Shown in pieces: positions 23,816-35,715 of a stretch of DNA of 62,000 nt. Numbering within the stretch: the first letter of the stretch is position 1; the number at the start of each line of letters is the position of its first letter. The notes beneath the pieces were generated by a model that did no database searches, was not told the origin of the DNA, and saw only the letters and a program-made list of their open reading frames with translations. The position numbers and the translations under genes were made by a program. Origin of the DNA: Malacoraja senta. Taxonomy: Eukaryota. The stretch lies in NCBI GenBank assembly GCA_038087875.1, contig JAXLNO010000674.1, positions 1 through 62,000 on the forward strand. Direction: 5' to 3'.

Positions 23816-25299
23816 GTGGCCTTTGCTAACCCTCCCACGTTCCCATCAATTCCTCCCATTCTCTACCTCTCACCTGCATACTAGACACAGCATATAGTAG
23901 CCAATTAGCCCACCAATTCATGTAGTTTTCATTTGGATGTAGCAGGAAAGTCATAGTACCCAGAGAAAAACTGAGAAGTAAATGGGAGATATTTGCACAG
24001 TGCAGTGAAGGACGCTAGTTGATGACCATTTTTGGTGCGTGGAGTATGCAATCAGATTCAGGGCACACGAGTGAAACATAGGAAGATGGTTTTCACCTTG
24101 GTTGAGCAGACAGGAAGGAACACAGTCACCTTGAGCCCAGTAACCCCGTGCAGACCCCAGGGAACGTTAGACAGCAGTTATACGCCTCTGCCACAATTAA
24201 CATCCCAGTGCTGCTAGTGTTGCAAATGATGTCCAAAGTGCTTCTGTAACCCTGCATCAGGTGGACCTGTGGATCTTCTGAAGATGTCCCATGGCCAGTC
24301 TCTAACCCGTGGTTGACACACAAGTGGGAGACTTGCGACGGATTGCCCCATCAATCTGCGGACACGTTCTCAGCCGAGCGGCCAGGCCACATCTCCTGCA
24401 CCTGCACGGTGACACAGCCTAGCCAGCTGTGGCTAATCAGCATCGCTCCAAATATCTCCCATTTGCCATGCTCCTCGCGGTACGCCTCAATGGTGTCCTG
24501 GTACCTGAAGACATCAACAGCAGAGGGGGAGGGAGAGGTTAACCAGGCAACGCCAATACTGTATGTGCACAGACCCAATCTCAATTATACCCTGACACCG
24601 ACTCTGAACCCACCTGGCACCTTGCTCTGTAACCCAATCTTGGCTTGATGCCAACTAGAGAGCGGTCCTGAGCTACCATCTACCTCATTGGAGACCCTCG
24701 GACTGTCTTAAATCAGACTTTAGCTTACACTGAACATTATTCCCTTTATCCTGTATCTGTACACTGTGGATATCTCGATTGTAATCATGTACAGTCTTTC
24801 TGCTTGTGGATAGCACGCAACAAAAAAGCTTTTCACTATGCCTCGGCACACGTGACAATAAACTAAACTAAAACTAAAAGATTTAGCACACGGATGATCG
24901 TTTTGGGTCGGGACCATTCTTCTCTTGCATCCTGAAACGTCATCCGTCCATTCCCTCCACAGATGCTGCCTGACCTGCTGAGATCCTCCAACACTTAGAC
25001 TAACTTGCTTTCTGAATACAAACCAACAAGCGAGTGGAACGCAGCCAGTCAGGCAGCATCTATGGAGCACCACATGTCCATCCCCTCTACAGATGCTGAC
25101 TGATCCACTGAGTTCCTCCAGCACTTTGTGTTTTGCTTTCTCCTGTTCTCTGCTCTGAGAAAGTCTCTGGCTTGCAAGGTTACGGTTTCTCCTTCCATAG
25201 ATGCTGCCTAACAGGCTAAGTTTTTTCCCCGCAGAATTTTGTTTTTATTTCAGATTTCCAGCATCTGGATTTTAAATTTGACTTTCAATTGCTAATGTA

Positions 25300-28200
25300 A
25301 ATGAATGAATGAATGAATGAATGAATGAATGAATAAATGAAAACGTTATTGTCATTCAGATATACACCTACACACAGTGCACCTAGAACGAAATTTCGTT
25401 GCATTTGACTCTCCAGTTTTTTTTTTTTTAGAAGTGTCGATATTTAAAAAGTTCTAGCCTCGGTTTAATTGATTGTTCAATAATCTTATGGCCTGGGGGA
25501 TGAAGCTGTTGCAGAACCTGGTTGTCCCGCTCTTCATGCTGCGGTACCTCCTCCCAGAGTTAAGCAGTATAAACAGTCCAAATTGTGGGTGTGTGGGGGC
25601 TTTGGTAATGCCCTTAGCTCTACTCAGACAGCGCTTGTACCCCATGTCCATGATGGAAGGAAGAGAAGTCCCAATGATTTTTTCCGCTGTCCTCACCACT
25701 CTCTGAAGGCACTTCCAGTCTGCAGCTGTACAGCTGCCGCACCACGTAGAGATACAGCCGGTCATGACCGACTCAATTGTGCTTCTGTAGAAAGTGGCGA
25801 GGATGGGAGGGTGGAGGTGTAAACTTCTCAACCTGCGGAGGAAGTACAACCGCTGATGTGCCCGTTTTGCCAGAGATGTAATGTTTGTGGACCAGTTTAA
25901 GGTGTCCGTTATATGCACCCCCAGGAACTTGATGCTTTTCACCTGCTCCACTGCTGAGTTGTTGATGCAAAGTGGAGTGTGACTGGGCTGAATTTTCCTT
26001 CTGAAATCGACTACAATCTCCTTGGTTTTGTTGCCATTTAGGAGAAGGTTGTTCCTGCTGCACCAGCTCACCAGCTGTTCCACCTCCTCTCTATATGCCT
26101 GGTCGTCGTTATTGCGGACGAGGCCCACTACTGTTGTGTCATCCGCGTATTTGATGATATGGTTAGTGGTGGACCTGGCGACACAGTCATGTGTCATCAA
26201 TGTAAAGAGCAGCGGACTCAGGACACAGCCCTGAGGGGAGCCGGTGCTCAGTTTGATGACAGAGGAGGTGTTCTTCCCCACCCGCACAGACTGGGGTCTT
26301 TCGGAAAGGAAATCCAGGATCCAGTTGCATAGTATGGTATTGAAACCTAGGGGTGCCAGTTTGCTCACCAGATGCTGGGGGATTATCGTGTTAAATGCTG
26401 AGCTGAAATCAACAAACAGCATCCGCACTTGGGTATTCTTCTCCTCCAGGTGTTGTAGGCTCAGGTGGACTGCAGAGGACATTGCATCCTCTGTGGAGCG
26501 GTTCGGGCGATAAGCAAACTGGAACGGGTCAAAACTGGAGGGGAGTTTAGAGACCATGTGCTGCTTAATAAGCCTCTCAAAGCACTTCATTATTATTGGT
26601 GTGAGTGCTACGGGGCGGTAATCATTTAGGCAGGTTATTGTAGACTTTTTGGGAACTGGTATGATGGTAGCTGTCTTGAAACATGATGGAACAATGGCCT
26701 GGTTCAAGGAGATGTTAAAAATGTCTGTCAGAACCAGAGCCAGCTGGTCGGCACATCCCCTGAGCAGACGCCCCGGTATGTTATCCGGTCCGGCTGCCTT
26801 TCTCTGGTCAATGCCCTCCAGGATTCTGCGGACTTCAGCAGTTTCAAAAGACAGTGCCTGTTCTCCTGGTTGTGGCTCTAATTTTCTCACTGTAGTGGTG
26901 TTCAGTGCTTCAAACCTGCCGAAATAATTATTTAGTTCATTTAGAAAGTCTGTGTCATCCTTACAGGACATCTGAGGGGCCTTGTAGTTAGTTATGGCCC
27001 GGATGCCTTTCCACATGTTCCTGGTGTTGGTATTATCCTGGAAGAAACCCTGGATTTTCTGTCCATGGGCGCGCTTTGCTTTCCTTATTTCGCGGTTGAG
27101 GTTGGCTCTCGCTGTTCTCAGAGCCCCCGGATCACCAGATTTAAAAGCCGCATTTCGTGCTTTCAGCATGGCACGCACCTCTGCAGTAATCCAAGGTTTG
27201 TGGTTGGCCCGGGTTGTGATGTTCCTGATGACAATGACGTCCTCCATGCACTTCTGTATGTATCCCGACACCGACATGGCATACTCATCCACATTGATGT
27301 TTTGGTTGTGAGTGGCTGCTGACCTGAACATGTCCCAGTCCGTGCACTCAAAGCAGTCCTGGAGTGCTTCTGTAGCTCCCTCAGGCCAGACTCTAACTTG
27401 CTTCACAGTGGGTTTCTCTCTGATCAGCAGGGGCTTATAGGCTGGGATGAGCATTACAGAGAGGTGATCAGAGGAGCCGAGGTGAGGCCGGGGTACTGCT
27501 CTGAAAGCCTGCTTGATGTTACTGTAGACCCGGTCCAGCGTATTCTCTCCACGTGTAGCAAAGTCCACATATTGATGGAAATGAGGGAGGACAGTCTTCA
27601 TGTTGGCCTGGTTAAAATCCCCAGCCACAATGACAACGCCCATTGGATGATTTCTTTGCAGCTCACTGATGGAACGGTAGATAATACGCAGAGCCTCCTT
27701 TGTGTTGGCTGCGGGGGGGATGTATACAGCAGTAATGCTAACCACAGTAAACTCCCGTGGCAGATAGAATGGCCTGCATTTCACAGTCAGAAACTCTATG
27801 TCCGAAGAGCAGTGGCTGGAAACAGCGGTAGCATTATTACACCAGCTGTTGTTTGTGTAGATGCACACACCCCCACCCCGGGATTTACCAGTCAAAACAG
27901 TGTCCCTGTCGAGCCGGAAAGTTGTTAGTCCCCCTAAGCTAACAGCCGCATCAGGTACAGATGGGTTTAGCCATGTCTCTGTCAAAACTATAACGCAGCA
28001 GTCTCTCACCTCCCGTTTTATTGTGAGATCCAGCTGTAGATAGTCCATTTTATTTTCCAGAGAGCGGACATTCGACAGGAGAACGGATGGGAGCGGTGTC
28101 CTCCACGGGTTTGCCTTTAGCCTCGCCGTTAGCCCCCCTCGACAGCCCCGCTTCTGACTTCTGTAGCACCGCCTCCGTGTCCGTGTCCTTCTGTAGCGCC

Positions 28201-28490
28201 GCCTCCGTGTTCTTCTGTAGCGGCCAGTGTTTGTGAAAGTCTCCGCGGCTCTGCAGGCCGCTGGGCCCTCCCGACACAGCAGACCGAGATGGTGCAGGCG
28301 CTCCTCGAGTTCAACGTCCACGTAGTCTCTACTGCTTAACCGTTTTAATCTTAATAATGCCCCAAGATCGTACGTTAACTTGCAGCCTGCCCGCTGCAAG
28401 TTATGAGACCGGACCTTAGAAAACTTATCGCTACCCCTAACGAGAGTCAATGCAGCCGCAGCCACCATGGGCGCCGCCATCTTATGCAAG
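25300..28490 (-). mobile_element. Rex1/Babar LINE, full length with intact ORF, in the kelch gene intron
   Basis: (GAAT)n tail at 25300-25340; uninterrupted ORF; 5' aagATGGCGGCG start like the other two copies. Confidence 0.93.
25454..28480 (-). CDS. LINE ORF: Arg-rich N-terminus + APE endonuclease + reverse transcriptase (~1008 aa from MAAPMV)
   Basis: [33 protein letters not shown] (APE); [38 protein letters not shown] (RT); no stops. Confidence 0.93.
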   Translation of the reverse strand: MAAPMVAAAALTLVRGSDKFSKVRSHNLQRAGCKLTYDLGALLRLKRLSSRDYVDVELEERLHHLGLLCREGPAACRAAETFTNTGRYRRTRRRRYRRTRTRRRCYRSQKRGCRGGLTARLKANPWRTPLPSVLLSNVRSLENKMDYLQLDLTIKREVRDCCVIVLTETWLNPSVPDAAVSLGGLTTFRLDRDTVLTGKSRGGGVCIYTNNSWCNNATAVSSHCSSDIEFLTVKCRPFYLPREFTVVSITAVYIPPAANTKEALRIIYRSISELQRNHPMGVVIVAGDFNQANMKTVLPHFHQYVDFATRGENTLDRVYSNIKQAFRAVPRPHLGSSDHLSVMLIPAYKPLLIREKPTVKQVRVWPEGATEALQDCFECTDWDMFRSAATHNQNINVDEYAMSVSGYIQKCMEDVIVIRNITTRANHKPWITAEVRAMLKARNAAFKSGDPGALRTARANLNREIRKAKRAHGQKIQGFFQDNTNTRNMWKGIRAITNYKAPQMSCKDDTDFLNELNNYFGRFEALNTTTVRKLEPQPGEQALSFETAEVRRILEGIDQRKAAGPDNIPGRLLRGCADQLALVLTDIFNISLNQAIVPSCFKTATIIPVPKKSTITCLNDYRPVALTPIIMKCFERLIKQHMVSKLPSSFDPFQFAYRPNRSTEDAMSSAVHLSLQHLEEKNTQVRMLFVDFSSAFNTIIPQHLVSKLAPLGFNTILCNWILDFLSERPQSVRVGKNTSSVIKLSTGSPQGCVLSPLLFTLMTHDCVARSTTNHIIKYADDTTVVGLVRNNDDQAYREEVEQLVSWCSRNNLLLNGNKTKEIVVDFRRKIQPSHTPLCINNSAVEQVKSIKFLGVHITDTLNWSTNITSLAKRAHQRLYFLRRLRSLHLHPPILATFYRSTIESVMTGCISTWCGSCTAADWKCLQRVVRTAEKIIGTSLPSIMDMGYKRCLSRAKGITKAPTHPQFGLFILLNSGRRYRSMKSGTTRFCNSFIPQAIRLLNNQLNRG

Positions 28491-28849
28491 TAGATTCCCA
28501 AAACCCCCCCAAGATTTGAGAATGTTTTCATGTACAACATGTTCTGATTTAATTGAAGAGCATGCAAACAAAAGCTTTTCTCTTGAAGAAGGGTTTCGGC
28601 CCGCAACGTTGCCTATTTATTTCGCTCCATAGATGCTGCCGCACCCGCTGAGTTTCTCCAGCACTTTTGTCTACCTTCGATTTTCCAGCATCTGCAGTTC
28701 CTTCTTAATCACTTTTCTCTTTATCTCAGTACACATGACAACATTAAGCCTAGATTCACAGCAACAGTTCCTCCAGTGCTTCAACCTGCTCTTGTGCAAT
28801 AAAAATGTTTCAAGAGTAAACACTGGAATCAGAAAGGGAGAGGTATAGC

Positions 28850-29235
28850 TGAGCATCTTAAAAGGACCTATTTCACCCCGCTCATTCTCTCTTCTCCCCA
28901 TCCCTGTTGGGGAGAAGATAGTGATGCTTGAAGGTGCGCACCATCAGACTCAGGAACAGCTACTTCCCCTCTATTATCAGGCTTCTGAACGGTCCTTCCA
29001 CAAGCGAGGGTACTGTCCGATTCACCTCTACCCCATTGTGGACATTGGACAATGTCTCTGGAACTGATGCGCTACAATGCCGAGACCTATATTTTGCACT
29101 TTATCTTTCCCTTTGCTCTACCTATTGTACTTGAGTTTGACGATTGTATATATGTACAGTATTATCTGATCTGACTGGACAGCATTTAAAACAAATCTTT
29201 TCCCTGTAACTCGGTACATGTGGCAATGATAAAGC
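28850..29235 (+). mobile_element. Rex1-type LINE extreme 3' fragment
   Basis: KVRTIRLRNSYFPSIIRLLN C-terminal motif plus 3' UTR. Confidence 0.65.
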
Positions 29236-29883
29236 CGTCCCGGAACGTCCTGGTGTCAATCCCAGCAGCGGAGGCACCTACTGGTCACAGCCTTCCTTGC
29301 CGCCCATCACGTAGATGGTGCCGTCGATGACCGCCACGCCCGGCCGGTACCGGCGCTCGTTCATGGGGGCGCACATCGTCCATGTGTTGGTCCTGGGGTC
29401 GTACTGCTCCACCTTGTCAGTGTTCTTGGTCGATGCGTGCCAGCCGCCTGCAGGGTCAAACACCAGTCACTGCTTCAACTGCATTTTAATGTTCATTCTG
29501 GGTGGGTTAGGCAGGTACGTATAGTTTAGTTTAGAGCTACAGCATGGAAACAGACCCTTCGGCCCATTGAGACAACACCGACCATCCATCTCCCGTTCAC
29601 ACTAGTTCTATGTTATCCTACTTTCTTATCCACTCCCCACACACTAGGGGCAAGTTAGAGGCTGATTAACCTACAAACCGACCCGTCTAGAGCTGGGGGA
29701 GTGCATTCCTTGTCCATGATGAACTGGAATCCACTGGAAATTCACCGATTGCCTTACATTCCAGTTGCTGATCTCCTCCTGGTCTGGCCCTCTTGCACTT
29801 ACTCAGGTTTGGTTTAGTTTAGCATGGAGATAGCGTGCTATGGTACCTGGAGAGAGGCACTACTTCCTCTTCAACACTGTTGT

Positions 29884-30060
29884 GGCACAGAGGCGCAGCG
29901 GGTAGAGCTGCTGCCTCACAGCCCCAGGAACCCGGGTCCAATCCCGACTACGGGTGCTGTCTGTATAGAGTTTGTACGTTCTCCCTGTGACCGTGTGGGT
30001 TTTCTCCGGATGCTCCGGTTTCCTCCCACACTCCAAAGATGTGCAGGTTTGTAGGTTAAT
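29884..30060 (+). mobile_element. HE1/V-SINE-type SINE (3'-truncated)
   Basis: ggcgcagcgggtagagctgctgcctcacagc...cggtttcctcccacactccaaagatgtgcagg. Confidence 0.8.
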
Positions 30061-30574
30061 CGATAGAGAGACACACACAATCAGACTGAAGAAGTGTCCT
30101 AACCCAAACACCTCTCCATGTCCTCCAGAGATGCTGCCCAACTCACTGTTACTCCATCACTTTGTGTCTTTCTTTCTGCCAGCCAGCACCAGCAGTTCCT
30201 GGTGTGTTTATTAGCAGGCTGTAGTGTGCTGCCCAGGGCTGCACCAGCTTGCCTCCCCCCTCCCTTGTATCCCAGGTCATGTGGTAATAGCAGCCCAGAC
30301 CTGTTACCCGGATGCCATGTCATGCTGTGCCGTGCCGTGCCTGTGGGCTTTACCTGCGACGTAGAGCAGCCCCAGGAAAGCCACCACCGCCGGGCTGGTG
30401 ATGGCCATCTTCAGGGAGGCCAGGAAGCACCAGGCGTTCGTGCTGGGATTGTAGCACTCGATGGAGGCCAGCCTCGAGCTGCCCTCCCAGCCGCGAGCCC
30501 ACAGCAAACACAAAGCCGTCCAGCATGGCCAGGCCTGGCACAGAGAGGGGGTAGTGGGTCAGAGGCACAGTCAG

Positions 30575-31138
30575 CATGCAGCCCCATGTACACGTGCAGG
30601 CACACACCAGCCTGAGCACACACACACACATGTACACACAGCCCCATGTTCACCCGTGCAGGCACACACCAGCCCGAGCACATACACACATGTACACACA
30701 GCCCCATGTACACATGTGCAGACACACACCAGCCCGAGCACACACACACATGTACACACATACAGGCACACACTGCCCCACACGCACACACTGTCCCAAA
30801 CACACACGTACACACAGCCCCATGTATACACGTACAGGCACACACCAGCCCGAGCACACACACACATGTACACACAGCCCCATGTACACATATACAGGCA
30901 CACACTGCCCCACACGCACACACTGTCCCAAACAAACACATGGGCACACAGCCCCATGTACACACATACAGGCACACACCAGCCCAAGCACACACACACA
31001 TGTGCACACAACCCCAGGTATACATTTGTGCACACCTTGCCCAGTGCACGTGCACACCAGCCCCTCATGTACACACACGTGCACACCAGTCCCATGCCGT
31101 GCACACACCAGCCCCACATGTACACACACACACACAGC
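30575..31138. repeat. CA-rich complex minisatellite
   Basis: Reiterated blocks cacacagccccatgtacac / ggcacacaccagcccgagcacacacacacatgt. Source of the long H/T- and C/V-rich ORFs. Confidence 0.95.
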
Positions 31139-31929
31139 TCTGCAGACTGGGCTGCAGGAGACACCACCAAGCAAAACCATTCACTTTTCCCTGTCATGAT
31201 TCAAGTTCACGATGGTGGAAAGTCAGTCATACAGCACAGAAACAGGCCCTTCAACCCAAATCGTCCATGCCAACCAACCTGCCCCATCTGAGCTAGTTTC
31301 ATATCCCTCAACCTTTCCTATCTACATATCTGTCCAAGTGTCTTTTCAATATTGTTCTTGCATTCTAGTCCTTGGAGAAATAGTGCAACAGGCCAACAAG
31401 ACACACATTGAAAGAATAGTGGAGAGATATTGGAGAAAGACTTGGAATCAGGATTCAGTGAACAAGAGAGGCAATGTACTGCAGACGCTGGAATCCTGAT
31501 CCAAACACAAAGTGCTGGAGGAACTCTGCAGGGCAGGCAGCAACTGTGGAGGGAATGGGCAGGCGACATTTCAGGTCTGCAGAAGGGTCCCGACTCAAAG
31601 CATTGCCTATCTATGTCCTCTAGAGATGCTGCCCAACCCGCTGAGTTACTCCAGCGCTTATGTACTGCCTTTATGTTGATACATTTCCCAAAGGAAGGTG
31701 AAAACACAATGTCTTGAAGCCGCAATCTCCGGTAGGGAAGCACCGATTCGGGACTTACCTTCCAGAAGAGAGGGCCTGTACATCCGCAGCGGCGACTGTG
31801 GAGGTTCATGGCCCAGATCACGGGGGAACAATTTAGGAGAACTGACTGTACTTTGTGCCTTCCACCACAGTGAAGAATGCTGTGTTGGGTGTTTGTGTTA
31901 CATTTAATTGTGTATTGTGTGTTCTTTTT

Positions 31930-32062
31930 TGGGGCAGAGAGTGGGGCAGAGAGATGGGCACAGAGAGGGGCACAGCGAGGGGCACAGCAAGGGGCAGAGA
32001 GGGCACAGAAAGAGAGTGTAGAGAGAGGGCAGAGAGGTAGAGAGGGAGAGGCAGAGCGAGAG
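31930..32062. repeat. Purine-rich low-complexity repeat (ggggcagag/ggcacag)
   Basis: Directly visible. Confidence 0.85.
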
Positions 32063-32432
32063 GTGAATCTGGCCAATTCATTCATACGGGTAATATCTGA
32101 CTCCAAGTCATGAGTTTCATGATTCAGTTTAAGAAGTGATAAGTTGAAATAATAAAGTAAATGAGAAGTTATTAGAAATCAATTGTTTGCATGCATGTTT
32201 AAAGTTACTTGAGTGTTAATAGTAAGATTAAACGAGAACTTACCAGTTTGAAGTTTGATCTTTATTTTATGAGGAGTACGATGAGGGATTACGTGAAGAA
32301 CCCGCCAGGGTGCATGCGCGACATATCTTCAAAGCAGCGGTGTGAAATCACAGATACGGTAGTCGAATTAACATAGTAAGTTAAGAACAAAAATACCAGC
32401 TGACCTTTATAATAGAGGGTGGGCGTGGAGGG

Positions 32433-32544
32433 CACGTAATCCCTCAACGTAACTCCTCATAAAATAAAGATCAAACTTCAAACTGGTAAGTTCTCGTTTA
32501 ATCTTACTATTTTACTTCGGAGTCACGTGAGTGACTACGTGAAG
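32433..32544. other. DIRS internal complementary region (ICR) of element A
   Basis: cacgtaatccctc...gttctcgtttaatcttactat|tttacttcggagtcacgtgag...cgtgaag is the reverse complement of the 3' terminus (32221-) joined to the 5' terminus (-37026). Confidence 0.9.
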
Positions 32545-32724
32545 ATTTTAAAGCTGTGATTTCATGCCACGGAACGAGTCCATGCTTCACACCCTGCTGT
32601 CGTAGACTGAGGAGGAAGTATGTTAACAAATCCAGACATGAATCAATTGTTAAAAAGAAACAATTAGTGATTTATTAACACAAATTATAATAATGACCCC
32701 TGTCCTTCGGGGTGTATTATAAAA

Positions 32725-33701
32725 CAGAACTCAAAATTGTCTCTGCAAAAGTCACAGGCTTGGCAACTGGCTTATTATAAAATTCTTGGAAGGTTTTCTC
32801 CCTGGACCATCCTGCCGTACCCAAGATCTGATCCATTGGAACCTCCATGTGCCGTGCTGCCGATGTGGCTGCAGACCTGGTGGAATGAGATTTAAAAAAT
32901 ATCAGTATCCACCCCTGCAGCCCCCAAAACCTGTCGAAGCCACCTAGATATTGTTTGGGTCGATACCCTGTTGTGAGGTCTTTTGTGGCTCACTAATAGT
33001 GCCAATTCTTGGCCTCTTACTTTAGCTGTTAGTACAATGTAAAGTAACAGATGTGTCATGACGCATAGGCGAACATCTGTAGGGTATGCCCAAAACTCTA
33101 GTTTAAGGCCTGATGACCCTGGTCTGTTTTGTTTTACCAGTTCATGAATATAAAATGTTATACCATTCGTCCCTTTGGCCATCGAGTCCAGTCGTAATTT
33201 GTGTACAGATTGCACGCGCTGGGCCGAGACCAGTGCCATCAGCATTACCAATTTAAGGGTAAGTTTCTCCAGGGACAGGGACGTTGCTGGTGACCAACCC
33301 CGAAGCAACGTCAACACAATACTCACATCCCAAATGTGAGAGTATCTGGCCCTAGGGGGATTCGAGTTAAATATACCCCTCAGTAGTTTGGAAACCATGG
33401 GGTGAGACCCCAGTGAATGGTGGTCGAATCCCCGCCACAAATAGGTCGATAGGCCACTCCTGGCGCTGTTGATGGCACTGTATCTAAGCCTTTCATCGAA
33501 ATGAAGGTTAGCGAGGAACTCCAGGACATTAGTTACAGTGGCTGAGTTATACTCAACATTAGTCCTGCAACAATATCGTTCCCATTTCCTGATGTAAGTC
33601 AGGTACTGTTTTCTGGTAGACTCTCTTTGAGCCGCCGTGATCATGTTGATGGTTCGGTCCGTCAGTCCAAGATCCAGAAGTGGCCTGTTCAAATTCTGCA
33701 A
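32725..33701 (-). pseudogene. DIRS tyrosine recombinase, frameshifted near C-terminus
   Basis: ORF 32892..33701 (YSAINSARS, LVSAQRVQS, TISRWL), continuing after a frameshift at ~32892 as KSHSTRSAATS...AGWS.EKTFQEFYNKP (HSTR box and catalytic Tyr). Confidence 0.9.
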
Positions 33702-35610
33702 ATTAACAGATTAGTCCTGTCATGGCATGGATGACTTTCGCCAGTTACAGGATGGACCATCAAGTCTGGTCTTTTAGTGACGGCCATACATGGTTCTGAA
33801 ACCATGTCGAGAACCACAGGGAACCATGGCTGGGTAGGCCAGTCGGGTACTACCAAAATACCTGATGCAGAGTCTTGTTGTATTTTGCGTAAGACCCGAC
33901 TAATGAGGCTGAAGGGGGGAAATGCATAGAAAAACACATTTCCCCAGTACAGCGAAAATGCGTTCATCGCTGCTGCCCCGGGGTCTGGTTCCCATGCAAC
34001 ATACGTCGGCAACTGGTGGTTAAGCCTAGATGCAAATAGATCGATATCTGGTGTACCATATCTTGCTACAATGTCTGCAAACACTTTGGGGTCCAACATC
34101 CATTCAGTGTTGTCATTAAATTTTCGTGACCTGGTGTCTGCCACTGAATTAAGTTTACCTGGTAGGTAAATAGCAGATATCCAAATGTTTCTCTTGATAC
34201 ACCATTGCCAGATTGAATTGGCCAGATCATCACATGATATCGATCTGATTCCACCCATGTGATTAATATAAGGCACCACAGTGGTATTATCTACTTGCAG
34301 GCGAACATGCAAATGATGCATTTTTTAACAGTACGCCTTCAAACCAAAGAATGCTCCCAACATTTCCAAATAATTTATACCAAGTGTATAAAGCAAAGAT
34401 GATTCATGTGCATCCCATCTGCCCCCACAACTGGAGATGGTGTTGGTGGCACCCCCAACCTTGAGCGCTGGCATCAGTCTGTAATACAACTGACGGGTTG
34501 CTAATAATAATGGAGCTGAAGGAACGCCGAATGTAATGTGTCCACCATCGCAGTTCCAAAATAGCTTTTGTTGGTAATTGCATTGGTCTATCGAAATGAC
34601 CAGCCTGATGTTTAAGTGCTCGCACCTTTGCTCTCTGTAAATTTTGATAGTGCAAAGGTTGAAAGTGTGTCGCTGGAAAAGTAGCTACGATTTTGCCAAT
34701 TACCCTTGCTACTTGTCTGATAGATGGTTGACTGATGACAGCAAGGTTGCTGCAAACTTCCAATAATTCAGTTGCCTTCCCCCTAGGTAAAGTCACAGTC
34801 ATGTGAACTGAATTAATGGTGAATCCCAAATAGTCCATAGTGGTGGATGGTGTTAACTTTGATTTATCTGGATGTATGATAAACCCCAGTTTCTCAAATA
34901 GACCTATGGTAGCTGTAACAGCTAATTTGGCTAATTCGTAGGTTTTACCCACGATTTGTATGTCATCTAAATATGCCATGCCAATATGTTTTTGTTTCTG
35001 AAGAACCGCCAGAGCTGGTTTCAGTAATTTGGTGAATAATCTGGGGGCTGAGGTCAATCCATTAGGTAGTGCTTTGTACTGCCAAAGCTGCCCCATCCAG
35101 TTAAACTTCAGATATCGGCAGTGATCCTTGTGTATAGGCACCGAATAGTATGCATCTTTTAAATCGATGCATGCCATGAAGTAGCCTTCGGAAATCAATT
35201 GTTTGGCCGTGACAAAGGTTTCCATTTTGAAGTGAGTATACTGCACAAATGTGTTCAATTGTCTCAAATCAATAATGATGCGACATCCACCATCTTTTTT
35301 CTTTTTTGTGAAAATGTTTGACACAAATTCTCGAGACTCATGTTGAGATCTCTCAATTACACCCTTAGTATAAAGCCTCTTAATTTCAGCATGACTATCC
35401 AACTTCTCTTGTTGTGATAGAATAAATGATCTGATGGGTGCATGCTGAACCGGAGGAAGGTGCTTGTTTTCTAATTCAATTTCATATCCTTATATAAGAA
35501 TCAGAGGTTATTGAGCTCCATGCCTCACAAAACCAGTGTAACCTACCACCAACAAGTGTATCCATTGCACCCGCTATGTCCTGCGAGGAACCAGACCCAC
35601 CTACCTCCAT
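33689..35610 (-). pseudogene. DIRS pol: RT + RNase H + Dam-like adenine methyltransferase, frameshifted
   Basis: IDLKDAYYSVPI, LPNGL..APR.FTK, AYLDD (RT); LQTDASAQGWG, VDNTT..YINHMGG, ADTRSR (RNase H); DIDLFASRLN, FYAFPPF, LVVPDWPTQPWF (MT). Confidence 0.9.
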
Positions 35611-35715
35611 GGTTACCAGTGGCGTGTTCATCTCTTCTTCTTCTGTTCTTGGCCGATTGAGGTGCTGGAATTCGGGGTTGGTGCATCTTCCACGAAGGTC
35701 GCTCTGGGCCGCGGT

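Larger units (their letters stand above)
24351..30534 (-). pseudogene. 3' exons of a kelch-repeat (KLHL-type) gene; exons 30534-30354, 29447-29282, 24504-24351
   Basis: GT-AG bounded exons encode (G)LAMLDGFVFAVG[+4 nt]GWEGSSRLASIECYNPSTNAW...LYVAG; GGWHASTKNTDKVEQYDPRTNTWTMCAPMNERRYRPGVAVIDGTIYVMGG; YQDTIEAY...WEI...SWLGCVTV...stop. The first exon is 181 nt (177+4), i.e. frameshifted. Confidence 0.85.

Noticed and set aside
23980..24465. 16-nt inverted match (aaatgggagatatttg) between 23980 and the last kelch exon
   Set aside because: Short and isolated with no extension; compatible with chance.
28481..28606. N-terminal 42 aa of the 1050-aa ORF
   Set aside because: Starts at a non-ATG codon in flanking Penelope-derived sequence; the AAGATGGCG start at 28480 matches the other Rex1 copies.
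29278..29280. Premature stop at the end of the middle kelch exon
   Set aside because: The TAG lies within the splice donor (CA|GTAGGT); splicing to 24504 restores the frame (D-Q-Y-Q-D-T-I-E).
30411..31296. Six overlapping 170-280 aa His/Thr- or Cys/Val-rich ORFs
   Set aside because: Artefacts of the CA-rich minisatellite, which lacks stops in all frames.
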